Assembly: GCA_041641305.1 (NCBI GenBank)
Contig: JBEPYN010000002.1
Location: forward strand, 352,001 to 416,000
DNA: 64,000 bases
Source: Nitrososphaerota archaeon
Lineage (GTDB): Archaea > Thermoproteota > Nitrososphaeria_A > Caldarchaeales > Caldarchaeaceae
Direction of reading: 5' to 3'
Below, one piece after another: positions 27,449-36,228 of the stretch. The notes beneath the pieces are model-generated. The model made no database searches and was not told where the DNA came from. It saw only the letters and a list, made by a program, of their open reading frames with translations. The position numbers and the translations under genes are program-made. Each line of letters starts with the position of its first letter. Positions within the stretch are counted from its first letter, which is position 1.

Positions 27449-28543
27449 CTATTTCCTTCTCTCAAACTTTCTTCTTAATGCTATGAATGCTGCTCCTAGT
27501 ATTGGAATACTTACCAATCTCTCGATTACTCCGATATTATCATCCGGCTTTGGGAATTGGAAGTATGCACTAATCCCATCTATTGCTTGTTGAGTTATGC
27601 ATGTTATATCATTTATATCATTACAATTGGTAATAATCCTCAATGCTAAGAATGATATGATTACTATTGGTGTCCACACTACTAGTGGTAAAAATGCACT
27701 CTCTCCATACATCGCTATATATTTGTATAATAGATATGGAATTGACCCTAACTTATCTAATCTATTTCCTCTCCATAATTTTTTTCTTATTGCCTCCATC
27801 TCCCCTATGAAGAAGTGCGATGCTTCATTGAACAATAATCTGGTCTCATAATTCTTCCGCAATTGGTTATATATCTTTGATACCTCTTCATAATTATGAT
27901 TCTTATCAAGGAACTCTTCATCTACTATTATATTCCTCTTTACAAGACCTAAAAACTCAGACCTTTCTCTCCATTCAACATTATAAAACTCGACATTTGT
28001 TAGATCTACTCCTTTAAACGATACTGTTTGTAAACGTAATGGATTATCTGCTTTTCCAATGAACCTAACTTTTTTTCTGAATGTTGAATAATCAAATCTT
28101 ATTGTAATATCATCACTACATTCTAAAGTAAAAATATAGGAAAAATCAACTTCATCCATGAAATCTGTATATGCGAAATTTGCTTCCTTGAATTTTGCTC
28201 CATTGAAATTTGCCTCCTCGAATTCTGCTCCAATGAAATATACAGGTTCTTTAAATTCAATCTTTAAGCCTTTTTCCCTAATAGGCCTAAAATCAAAACT
28301 AGGAAGGTTAAACCCTATACAGAATAACGGTTCCCCCTTTGTAATAGCATCTTCGACAAGCTTATAAAACTCCTTACGTACTTCTTCCTCATGGATGGAG
28401 GAGGATCTCCAATAATCTTTAGCATGAAATATACAATATCCATTACTTATAGGGTTATGAGGACATTTATAATCTTTAAGAGTTCCAACCTTCCTATCCC
28501 GATATTCAATAGTATAGTTGCACATATCTAAAGAGACAAACAT
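27449..28543 (-). CDS. Pentapeptide-repeat protein with C-terminal TM segments; AT-rich
   Basis: C..H (YCIFH) N-terminus, AEFEEANFNGAKFKEANF repeats, Y.QLRKNYE, YGE, TM helices; base composition visibly far more AT-rich than flanks. Confidence 0.8.
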   Translation of the reverse strand: MFVSLDMCNYTIEYRDRKVGTLKDYKCPHNPISNGYCIFHAKDYWRSSSIHEEEVRKEFYKLVEDAITKGEPLFCIGFNLPSFDFRPIREKGLKIEFKEPVYFIGAEFEEANFNGAKFKEANFAYTDFMDEVDFSYIFTLECSDDITIRFDYSTFRKKVRFIGKADNPLRLQTVSFKGVDLTNVEFYNVEWRERSEFLGLVKRNIIVDEEFLDKNHNYEEVSKIYNQLRKNYETRLLFNEASHFFIGEMEAIRKKLWRGNRLDKLGSIPYLLYKYIAMYGESAFLPLVVWTPIVIISFLALRIITNCNDINDITCITQQAIDGISAYFQFPKPDDNIGVIERLVSIPILGAAFIALRRKFERRK

Positions 28544-28549
28544 CTCCTA

Positions 28550-28678
28550 TTAAAATATAATACCATAAAACGCCCTCCCCATCATTGTGCCGCACTCGGG
28601 GCACCTGTCGGACATCACCATCCTATACTCCATACATCTGCTGCAGTATCTGTAGCCGTCCGCATATCTCCGGGCCAT
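28550..28678 (-). CDS. Small C4 zinc-finger protein, family copy 5 (42 aa, not in the ORF track, possibly truncated)
   Basis: Manual translation MARRYADGYRYCSRCMEYRMVMSDRCPECGTMMGRAFYGIIF. Confidence 0.7.
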   Translation of the reverse strand: MARRYADGYRYCSRCMEYRMVMSDRCPECGTMMGRAFYGIIF

Positions 28679-28821
28679 GGGGATATGCTATGTTCAGGTG
28701 CATTTAGCTGGATATGTGGTCAAGAGGCCTCCACCATAGCTGTGTCCTCGTTGCCGAGAAATGAGCTGAGGTATTGTTCTGAAGCGTCTAACTTTGACTA
28801 GGGGCTGGAGTTCGTTGAAGC

Positions 28822-29031
28822 TCATATTCTCGCCTTCAATAGCTTCGCGGCCTCTTCCGGGCTTAGCCCAAGCTTCTTAAAGCTGTTCTGGTAGCCGCAT
28901 CTCGGGCAGACCACGTATACCCACAGCCTTGCCCCTGCTCCGTTTACCGGTACTCCTCCGCTGTGTGGGTAGCTCTCCACGCGGCCGCCTTCGAGGCCGT
29001 CTCCACAGCTTACGCATCTAAGAGTTTTCAT
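28822..29031 (-). CDS. Small zinc-ribbon protein
   Basis: CVSC...CPRC; promoter arm about 23 nt upstream. Confidence 0.7.
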   Translation of the reverse strand: MKTLRCVSCGDGLEGGRVESYPHSGGVPVNGAGARLWVYVVCPRCGYQNSFKKLGLSPEEAAKLLKARI

Positions 29032-29050
29032 GCTCCTACTGTGTTCTGGG

Positions 29051-29090
29051 ATGGATTTATCCGGATTAGGCCTTATCCAGATATATCCAT
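29051..29090. promoter_or_regulatory. Palindromic bidirectional promoter centred on one AGGCCT
   Basis: 40-bp inverted repeat with 3 mismatched pairs; each arm reads GGCCTWATCCRGATAWAT toward a divergent gene. Confidence 0.75.
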
Positions 29091-29112
29091 GGCCAATCTA
29101 TTGGCCGGTGGA

Positions 29113-29535
29113 GTGTCTACTCTGGACGACTATGGCGAGCCCCCTGCCGATACTGGCATTACGGCCGAGTATGTGATGAGGCTTATCGAAAGCGGTCAAG
29201 GTAGACCGGTTAAGATAATGGGTAAAACGGTGGGATACCTTTACCCTACCCGTTTCGGGAAACTCTATGTAACGAAGAGAGCTGATTCGGAGCTTTTCCT
29301 GAAGTATGACAGCTTCGGTATAAGCGACTCGGTGCTCCGCATGGTGGCTGCAAACGGCGCTGAGAAGGTGGCAATCATCCATGCCGGCGTCGATGTATAT
29401 ATGAGCGATGTCCAGCAATGGTTCACAGACGCTATACGGCACTGGTGGGCTGAGGGCCACGAGCTTCAGCTACATCTTCCTAGGAGGCTGATGAAAAAGC
29501 TTCCACGGGAGCGCCAGCTTCAAGAGACATCTTAA
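29113..29535 (+). CDS. Hypothetical protein (probable GTG start at 29113, within the 28963 ORF)
   Basis: Start chosen from promoter spacing. Confidence 0.6.
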   Translation: MSTLDDYGEPPADTGITAEYVMRLIESGQGRPVKIMGKTVGYLYPTRFGKLYVTKRADSELFLKYDSFGISDSVLRMVAANGAEKVAIIHAGVDVYMSDVQQWFTDAIRHWWAEGHELQLHLPRRLMKKLPRERQLQETS

Positions 29536-29878
29536 TCCTGTTTATCATCTCGTCGAGGACCCTTAGCCCCTCTCTCCTCATAGAGACTTCATCTCGTGTT
29601 TTCGATTGGCTCAAGCTTTTCACGAACATGTTTCTGAGTAAAGCCATTTCCCCCTCAAGTATCTGTAGAAGTTTCTGTAACTCTGACGGGTCTCCACCGT
29701 TTCTTAGAATCGAGAGCGCGGCGTTGTAGGCCTCAGCAGCCCTCTCGGTGAAGATGAATAGTCTGTCTCCGGACCTCAACGGATATTGTGGGGGTGTCGG
29801 TAGATTTAACCAGATAAAAAACCGCTCTTCTCGTCTACATTGATTTAATGAGGAACTGAAGGTCGCCATTAATATCAT
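29480..29878 (-). CDS. Hypothetical helical protein
   Basis: ORF in a minus-strand run; start uncertain. Confidence 0.5.
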   Translation of the reverse strand: MILMATFSSSLNQCRREERFFIWLNLPTPPQYPLRSGDRLFIFTERAAEAYNAALSILRNGGDPSELQKLLQILEGEMALLRNMFVKSLSQSKTRDEVSMRREGLRVLDEMINRIKMSLEAGAPVEAFSSAS

Positions 29879-30152
29879 AAACGGCTAGCAGCTTTCCCCC
29901 GCTGCTTTCAGCCCATTTTCTGACCGCCTCGATTATGATGGTTCTCAGGGCGCGCCTGTCTCCTCTCTGATAAGCCCTGAACGCGTTCTCATAGGCTTCT
30001 TGGTCAATTTCATCCAGCAGCTTTATTTCGAGTGGCTCGGGGTGGCCATGTTGCATTCGATAGAGTCTAATGGGGGCTATTAGCTTGACGTGTATGTGGC
30101 TTTCGCTGAAGACGGCGAGGGTGTCAGCCCTCGAGGTCTTTGAAGCAAGCAT
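29835..30152 (-). CDS. Hypothetical protein
   Basis: ORF with an AATAAAT box upstream. Confidence 0.6.
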   Translation of the reverse strand: MLASKTSRADTLAVFSESHIHVKLIAPIRLYRMQHGHPEPLEIKLLDEIDQEAYENAFRAYQRGDRRALRTIIIEAVRKWAESSGGKLLAVYDINGDLQFLIKSM

Positions 30153-30199
30153 TCGCCGTATCTTTGTCGCTGTTGGTGGATTTATTGTTATAAACAGGC

Positions 30200-30436
30200 T
30201 TAGGTAAGCTCGTTGTCTATCGCATTAATCAGCATCCTAATCACGACTAGCCCCCGCCGTCTAAGCCTGTAGGCGCGGCCGCTCTTGACCGAGTCGAGCC
30301 TGAGCTCGGCTACATCCGCTTCTGACGAGAGGAGGTTCCTCAGCCTCCTCATGCTGGCCCTGTCTCTTCTGCGCAGGGCTGCAGCAGCTTCGCGAACATA
30401 CTTGGCCGCATCCTCTGTCAGAATTGCTTCGGTCAC
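30200..30436 (-). CDS. Small Arg-rich hypothetical protein
   Basis: Preceded by the promoter variant AACCTCATAACATTAAAT. Confidence 0.6.
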   Translation of the reverse strand: MTEAILTEDAAKYVREAAAALRRRDRASMRRLRNLLSSEADVAELRLDSVKSGRAYRLRRRGLVVIRMLINAIDNELT

Positions 30437-30484
30437 GCCATAACTACGGGCTGGCCTGCTGGATTTAATGTTATGAGGTTGGCG

Positions 30485-30504
30485 CCTGTCAACATGTTGA
30501 CAGG
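30485..30504. repeat. Palindrome copy extended to a perfect 20 bp, CCTGTCAACATGTTGACAGG
   Basis: Direct reading; divergent intergenic region. Confidence 0.9.
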
Positions 30505-30633
30505 TAAGCGGCCCATGAGATTATTTAAGGGGATAAAAATGCCTGCGCTGGACATAGGGTAGAAGGATTAGACGCAACTGATAGATAGGGCTTTATCCCG
30601 TTAAATCCATCGCAATTATCTGGTTGTTTTGGG

Positions 30634-30882
30634 ATGAGTGTGGAGGAGCTGGAGAGGGAGAGGGCTAGGGAGGAGTTCGTGGCGGATATGCTTCTGCCGC
30701 CGATTTTTATGCTTACAAGCATGCTTTCAGCCCTTGCGGCGGCGCTCCTCATACACCCCATTCTCCCGGCTTTGGGGCTTTATGTGGCCGCTATACCTAT
30801 AGGGGTAGCGGCTGCGGTTACCCTGGTGGTTAGATGGATGTGGAGGAGGAGGATTTCAGCCAGGTACGGGAGGTCTAGCTGA
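30634..30882 (+). CDS. Small two-TM membrane protein
   Basis: Two hydrophobic helices and a basic tail; GGCTTTATCCCGTTAAAT upstream. Confidence 0.65.
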   Translation: MSVEELERERAREEFVADMLLPPIFMLTSMLSALAAALLIHPILPALGLYVAAIPIGVAAAVTLVVRWMWRRRISARYGRSS

Positions 30883-31087
30883 ACCTCTGCCTGCCGCTCA
30901 AGTAGATGTATGCTATGTGGAAGTATATGGTGATGGCGGCGGCTATTACCGCTGTGAACCCAAGCTTCAGAACGGACTCGACAGACTCCGAAAGCCACAT
31001 AACAGCCATGATGAAGATGGCTGCAGCTTCGCTAAGATACATTGCTACTAGGTACTCTTTCAGACCCATCGTGTCAAAATACAGCAT
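30875..31087 (-). CDS. Small two-TM membrane protein
   Basis: Two hydrophobic helices. Confidence 0.55.
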   Translation of the reverse strand: MLYFDTMGLKEYLVAMYLSEAAAIFIMAVMWLSESVESVLKLGFTAVIAAAITIYFHIAYIYLSGRQRFS

Positions 31088-31116
31088 TGGAAGGTAATTA
31101 ATGATTCTTCTGGGAC

Positions 31117-31132
31117 TGTCAACATGTTGACG
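31117..31132. repeat. 16-bp palindrome copy TGTCAACATGTTGACG
   Basis: Direct reading; just after the last gene of the pilus/FtsZ operon. Confidence 0.9.
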
Positions 31133-31150
31133 GTTTCGAGCAGCATAGTG

Positions 31151-31627
31151 TTAGCGCAAGTCTGCCCTGGCCTCTAGCAGCGGCGTCTTGAGGAGCTGTG
31201 GTAGCCGGAACGGGCTGAGGCAGGCTTCGCGTAGGTCCATTATCCTGCCGCCGCTCAGCCTCCTTATCGCGAGGCTATTCTCGTAGCTTTTTATCAAGGT
31301 AGGGGGGTTTTTGAGCCTTATCTCAACACCTTCCTCAAGTGGTGTGGGGATGAGCGTTATGTCTACCATGGTGTAGACACCGTCCCTCACCTGCCTCAGG
31401 CTCTCCAGACTTGGTACATTGATGTTTTTGAAGACTTTGTAGACGCTGTCCCTCTTCATGCTTATGTCGAAGTGGTACTGCGTGGCTGGGCAGTACATCC
31501 TCACCCTCGTCCCACCTCTCTGCACCTCCATGCTTATGGCGCCGAGCTTTTCCTTGACATGGTTCCAGAGTAGCTCGACGCGTCTGTCGCAGTTGATTTT
31601 CCAGAAGCTGAACTCCAGTTCACTCAT
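31151..31627 (-). CDS. Hypothetical protein, last gene of the operon
   Basis: ATGA overlap with the upstream gene. Confidence 0.7.
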   Translation of the reverse strand: MSELEFSFWKINCDRRVELLWNHVKEKLGAISMEVQRGGTRVRMYCPATQYHFDISMKRDSVYKVFKNINVPSLESLRQVRDGVYTMVDITLIPTPLEEGVEIRLKNPPTLIKSYENSLAIRRLSGGRIMDLREACLSPFRLPQLLKTPLLEARADLR

Positions 31628-34600
31628 CCCCCGTCAACCATATCTTCACTTGCCTGTTTATTATCTTCTGAGGCCTTGGCGAGGCCGAGCGCCAGCAACA
31701 CCGCTCTGGCTTCCCTTCTGTCCTGTGATGTTGCAGGCGAGGTAACTGCTTTCAAAGCCTTCTCGAACAGGAACACCAGCCTTTCATCGGCAAGCCTGTC
31801 CATCAGAAGACGTCTAAGGGCGTGGTCGCCTTCTACAAAGGCGTCTGCTAGGCCGGGCAGCAGCGCCTCCGCGGGGGCCAGTAGCTCGAGGTATGGATGT
31901 TTCTCACGTAGCTTTTTCGCCACCTCTTCGACGCCGAAGTCTATCCACACCCTCCGATAGCCAGACGCCTTGAGCTCATCAAGTATCTTGGAATGTGTTA
32001 TCAGCGGGTACCCTCTGGTTAGTGCTATCCTTAGGCCTGAATCCATTATATGCTTCATATACTTGCCGTCGGGCTTGGCTCTCCTGCGGATGAGGTTGGA
32101 TGAGAAGACTGCTAGGGTCACGACAACTATAACAGGCCCTGTTATCTCATCTATTTTGGAGAGTTCGCTGGCCGTTATGACTCGGTAAGGCGCGTCTGAG
32201 AGCAGGTTTTTCATGATTTGGTCAGGCAGGGTCGGGGCCTTCGCGACGTCGTCGACGAGGTATGCGGTCCATTTCTGTGGAGTAGCCTTGAGAAGGTCTT
32301 GGAGCCTCACCTTGGCCCTAGCCTGCTCAGGCCCCTTCTTCTCGGCCTCAGGTACTGGCTTAGGATGACCGGTCTCTCCTTTCTCACTGATAGTCTCCTC
32401 CTCAGCCTGCTCAAGGGCTGCCCTGTATTCGTTTATCGCGAACGGGATTACGGAGCTTAGGCTTGTTATGAAGCTGGCGCGGTCCCCATCTGTTGGGAAC
32501 TCGCGTCTCTGCGCCAGCATGTTGGCGGCCCTGTACGCCGCCTTGTCGACGTCAGGTTCATGGGCCACGCTTTCAACAGCCTGCCTCAGCTCATCTTCAT
32601 CAACCAGCCCCTCTATGTTGTTTATTATCCACCTCGGTATCTCCCACCGCGGCTTTGTAGCGGCTTTGCTCTCGACTTGTTGTGTGGGCTCTGACTCGGC
32701 ACGGCTTTCCACGGTCTCCTGAGTCGGCTTAATCGTCGGGAATTGGACTGGCATGGGCTGGATGATGTGCTCCTGAGCTGGCTTAGATTTTATGGAGTGT
32801 GTCTCTTCTGTGTCGCCGACCTCAGGTGGCTTGGATGGTGTTGGCGGCTGCGGATGCTCTGCGGGGGCAGTCGGCGGCTCCTCATGTGTATGTATAGGCG
32901 GCTTAGATGTTTCGGGCTTTGGCTGGGGAGGCTGTGGTTGTTGAAGTCGTGGTTTTTCAGAGGTCTCAGCGGTTGCCGGGGACGTGGGCTTAGGTATCCT
33001 CGTCCTAAGCTGCGTCAGCATCTCTCTGAGGTGTCTCCCCTCTGCCGCCGCCTCTTTCGCCAATGCTTGTCTCTCGATTAACGCGCCGCAGCTTATGCAG
33101 TACCTTGTCTTCGGAACCGTTTTGCCGCAGTGTGGACACACCGTGTTAACGGCTTTCTCCTCCTTGACTGGTTTGGGTTTCGATGTCTCAGCCTCCTCCG
33201 TCACTCGCCTTTCTTCGACCTGCTCAACCTCCACCTTGGAGGCATGCCGCAGAAGCCTAGTCCCGCATGATATGCAGTAGGCGCTGCCGGGTCTCACCTT
33301 GGCGCCGCATGACGGGCACCTGTTTGAAAGGATGGTTTCGACGACTTCTTCAACGAGCACCGCGATTGGTTTCGGCGGGTTCTGCATCACGTGTTCGACG
33401 CCTTCCACTCGGAGTTCTTCGGAGAGTTCTTCCAGCTCATGTTCCTGTAAAGCCTTCAGCTCCGGGTCTGTCCACAGTAGTTCTATGTTTCTGTCCGCTG
33501 ACTCGCTGCTGCTTACCACGGACATTTTCTTGACCCATGTGTTCAACACCCGCTGGCTCGCGGGAGCGTATCCCCTGTAGGCCAGCAGGGTTGTCAGGAG
33601 GTGTCCCGCCCACATTCCCTGGTTGAACGCCGTCTTCCTACCCATCGCCTCATACTCGTATATCAGGTAGAGCCGTTGGTGGATATCGCGTGCCGCGTCC
33701 AGCTCCTCGAGCAGCTCCGCCATCGCCCCCTCATCTACGGCCTTTAACAACGCCACCAGAGTCCCGGCAGAGAGCGGCCTGTAACGGTCTATCAGCTCGA
33801 GGAGGAGTTTGTAGCCTTGGCTCGCCCATGCGAGATTTGTTTTCAGCACATCGCTAACCCATTTCTCCTCCACCTCTCTGCGGCTCTTCTCCCTTTTCCG
33901 CGAAGACGTAACCATTCTGTAGACCACGGCTGCCGCGGCTGCGGCGCCTCCTCCACCGACCACAAGCGGCAGGTCGTTGAAGTGTAGTAACCGTGTCGAG
34001 CCTATGGCTATGTAGGGGCAGGGGTTCATTTCCTCGAACACGGCTTCTATGGTCACGAATCCCGCTGGCACGTTTATCGCGACGCTCTCTGTGTAAACGG
34101 CCTCCAGCGCCTTCAGCCCGGTCCACTTCACAAGACGGCCGCAGCCCTCGGGCACGGCCTCCAAGTAGACCGTCGTGTCAGGGGCTATCACACCTTCCCA
34201 GCGAGGAGTTCCCAAAACCTCCCCGGTTATCGGTTTCGTCGATACCACGACCTTGCCCGGTCCTCTAGCGATGACGGATAGGTAGGCAAAGTCTATTAGC
34301 TGGGGCGGTGGGCTGGAGCCTTTTCTCTCGGCTGAGAGCGTGAGCGTGCTGTTCTCCTCTGCCGTGAATATGTATACCTCGCTTTTTGACACGGCCTTGT
34401 CGCCCTGCATCCACCCCGCTATGTAGCACTCCTGTGCAGGGGTGGCTGATAGCTCTGCTTGGCTCCCCTTTCTCCACGGCCCGGCTATATATGAGCCGTT
34501 GACATAATTGACAGGCGCGTTTGCGGTCACGTTGGCGACGCAGCCGGGGTTGGTAGGGGTGATTGTTACGTAGACCGGCGGAGGCCTGCTGTATGCAAAA

Positions 34601-34956
34601 GTTATCCTAACAACGTTAACTCCTTTCTTCATGACTACGTCGACGTAGAGTTTGCCCGCCTCTATGAACGGGCTGCGGGCCAGCTCCCCCTCTACAGAGG
34701 CTCTGCAGCTAAGGTCTTTGAGCTGGATTATTATCGAGGCGAGGGCGCCGCTGGATGCGGCGACGTATCTGCCGGGCTCGGCCGGCGTCAACATGTTGCC
34801 GTCCACCACCACGTTTGCCACACATTCGGGCTCGTTGATTATTATCTCCAGCGATGTTTCCTGTGCATGGGATGGGAAGGTTATTACTGGGGCGGCTGCT
34901 AGGATGAGTGTTAGAAGCATTAGAAATATTCTATACATAGAGCCTCGCGCCTCCAA
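31624..34956 (-). CDS. Large bitopic membrane protein: beta-repeat ectodomain, TM, two zinc ribbons, Pro-rich linker, alpha/beta C-terminal domain
   Basis: Signal peptide; L.A.P..C....W repeats (InlB-B/Flg_new-like); CPSCG..C.SCG and CPHCG..C.SCG. Confidence 0.85.
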   Translation of the reverse strand: MEARGSMYRIFLMLLTLILAAAPVITFPSHAQETSLEIIINEPECVANVVVDGNMLTPAEPGRYVAASSGALASIIIQLKDLSCRASVEGELARSPFIEAGKLYVDVVMKKGVNVVRITFAYSRPPPVYVTITPTNPGCVANVTANAPVNYVNGSYIAGPWRKGSQAELSATPAQECYIAGWMQGDKAVSKSEVYIFTAEENSTLTLSAERKGSSPPPQLIDFAYLSVIARGPGKVVVSTKPITGEVLGTPRWEGVIAPDTTVYLEAVPEGCGRLVKWTGLKALEAVYTESVAINVPAGFVTIEAVFEEMNPCPYIAIGSTRLLHFNDLPLVVGGGGAAAAAAVVYRMVTSSRKREKSRREVEEKWVSDVLKTNLAWASQGYKLLLELIDRYRPLSAGTLVALLKAVDEGAMAELLEELDAARDIHQRLYLIYEYEAMGRKTAFNQGMWAGHLLTTLLAYRGYAPASQRVLNTWVKKMSVVSSSESADRNIELLWTDPELKALQEHELEELSEELRVEGVEHVMQNPPKPIAVLVEEVVETILSNRCPSCGAKVRPGSAYCISCGTRLLRHASKVEVEQVEERRVTEEAETSKPKPVKEEKAVNTVCPHCGKTVPKTRYCISCGALIERQALAKEAAAEGRHLREMLTQLRTRIPKPTSPATAETSEKPRLQQPQPPQPKPETSKPPIHTHEEPPTAPAEHPQPPTPSKPPEVGDTEETHSIKSKPAQEHIIQPMPVQFPTIKPTQETVESRAESEPTQQVESKAATKPRWEIPRWIINNIEGLVDEDELRQAVESVAHEPDVDKAAYRAANMLAQRREFPTDGDRASFITSLSSVIPFAINEYRAALEQAEEETISEKGETGHPKPVPEAEKKGPEQARAKVRLQDLLKATPQKWTAYLVDDVAKAPTLPDQIMKNLLSDAPYRVITASELSKIDEITGPVIVVVTLAVFSSNLIRRRAKPDGKYMKHIMDSGLRIALTRGYPLITHSKILDELKASGYRRVWIDFGVEEVAKKLREKHPYLELLAPAEALLPGLADAFVEGDHALRRLLMDRLADERLVFLFEKALKAVTSPATSQDRREARAVLLALGLAKASEDNKQASEDMVDGG

Positions 34957-35947
34957 TAAGTACTGTTACGCTTGTCTTCTCGGCGTCAGGCCTCTTGGCT
35001 AGTAGCGTCTTCATTTCCTTGACCTCTGCTCCAAGAATCGTGGAGAGCTGGCCGGGTATTGCTTCTATGTGTTGTGGCGACATGGTTCCTTTTCCGGTTT
35101 CGATGAAGGCAATGACTCCTAGGCTTCCGCGGCCCCGTACGACGGAGACTAGGGAGCTGGAGTTGTGTTGGGATAGGCTGTGTATCTCGTCGGGTGTAGG
35201 TAGGAGCCACTGCATGGCTAAGACGAGCCCACGCAGCATTCTTCGCAGGTCGCTGCTGTCGATGTCTGTTATCGACCTGCCGCTGCTCATTGTTCGGAGG
35301 AGCGTGGACAATGGTTTAAGCATCTTCTCGTTTACTGTATTCAGCGCCTTGGTGATGTCGATGCTTTGTATCTCTTGGATGAGGTATGAGTTGCTCGCCG
35401 GGATGACCGGAGCATGTTTAGCCGCCTCCTCAAGCGCCTTCACAGCCCGTTTATACGTCTCTCTCCCCTCCCATGGGAAGGGAAGGGTACATATCCCGAG
35501 GATGCATGAACTGGGGTAGTGTTTGACGAGGTCCTGTATCAGGGCTGGTCCCGCGCCCGAGCCGCAGCCGAAGCCAGCCGTGAATATGACTGGTATCAGG
35601 TCTATTCTCTCCATTCCCTTCTCCTCCGCAACTTTCTTCGGCAGCTCAATTATCGCCCTGCGCGAGGGGTGGTCGAGATAATCTCTTCTACCCTTGTCAG
35701 GGTTCATCCCGCTTCCGGTTCCGTCTCCGATGACGTAAAGGTGTTTGTCGACGTAGGCTCTGAGCCTCTCTATGTCTGCTCTGCTGCTGCTTATGCAGAC
35801 GGGCTCGGTGGCTGGAAGCGTGTTTAGGAGGCGCCTGCCGCCGGGGGCGACCCCTTTCACAAGGACTGCCGCGAGCTTGCTTCCACCGCTTCCAACTCCG
35901 TAAACGACGGGAATGGTTAGAGGTTGGTGTGTTTCTCCAATGCTCAT
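34931..35947 (-). CDS. Divergent FtsZ/tubulin-superfamily GTPase
   Basis: T1 GVGSGGSKL, T3 GSGMNPDKG, T4 GFGCGSGAGP (for GGGTGTGAAP), TLPFPWEG, T7 DIDSSD. Confidence 0.85.
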   Translation of the reverse strand: MSIGETHQPLTIPVVYGVGSGGSKLAAVLVKGVAPGGRRLLNTLPATEPVCISSSRADIERLRAYVDKHLYVIGDGTGSGMNPDKGRRDYLDHPSRRAIIELPKKVAEEKGMERIDLIPVIFTAGFGCGSGAGPALIQDLVKHYPSSCILGICTLPFPWEGRETYKRAVKALEEAAKHAPVIPASNSYLIQEIQSIDITKALNTVNEKMLKPLSTLLRTMSSGRSITDIDSSDLRRMLRGLVLAMQWLLPTPDEIHSLSQHNSSSLVSVVRGRGSLGVIAFIETGKGTMSPQHIEAIPGQLSTILGAEVKEMKTLLAKRPDAEKTSVTVLIGGARLYV

Positions 35948-36228
35948 TCGTCGAGCACCTCCATTAACTTGAGAAACGCCTCCAAGTGACCTTGGTAACC
36001 ATCCCTATACATCATCTCGGCCGCTTTCCTGAGAATATGGGAAGCGATGACGTGGGCTGTGAAGGGACGGCTCCGCTCTTCGTTGAAGAAGTGTTTTATC
36101 CGGGTTACCGCTTCCTCGGGCTTGGTGTGCTCCGTGATGTAAAGTATGTCTGGGAGCTTTGGGTAGATGCTTCTACATGCCTCGGCTATGTATGATGATA
36201 GGATGTTTTCATGCACCGGCTTCTGCAT
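35944..36228 (-). CDS. Small helical protein coupled to the FtsZ-like gene
   Basis: ATGA overlap with the GTPase gene. Confidence 0.7.
   Translation of the reverse strand: MQKPVHENILSSYIAEACRSIYPKLPDILYITEHTKPEEAVTRIKHFFNEERSRPFTAHVIASHILRKAAEMMYRDGYQGHLEAFLKLMEVLDE

Noticed and set aside
34786-34801. Degenerate palindrome CGTCAACATGTTGCCG
   Set aside because: It has a core mismatch and lies inside a CDS, so it may be chance; not counted among the 12 copies.
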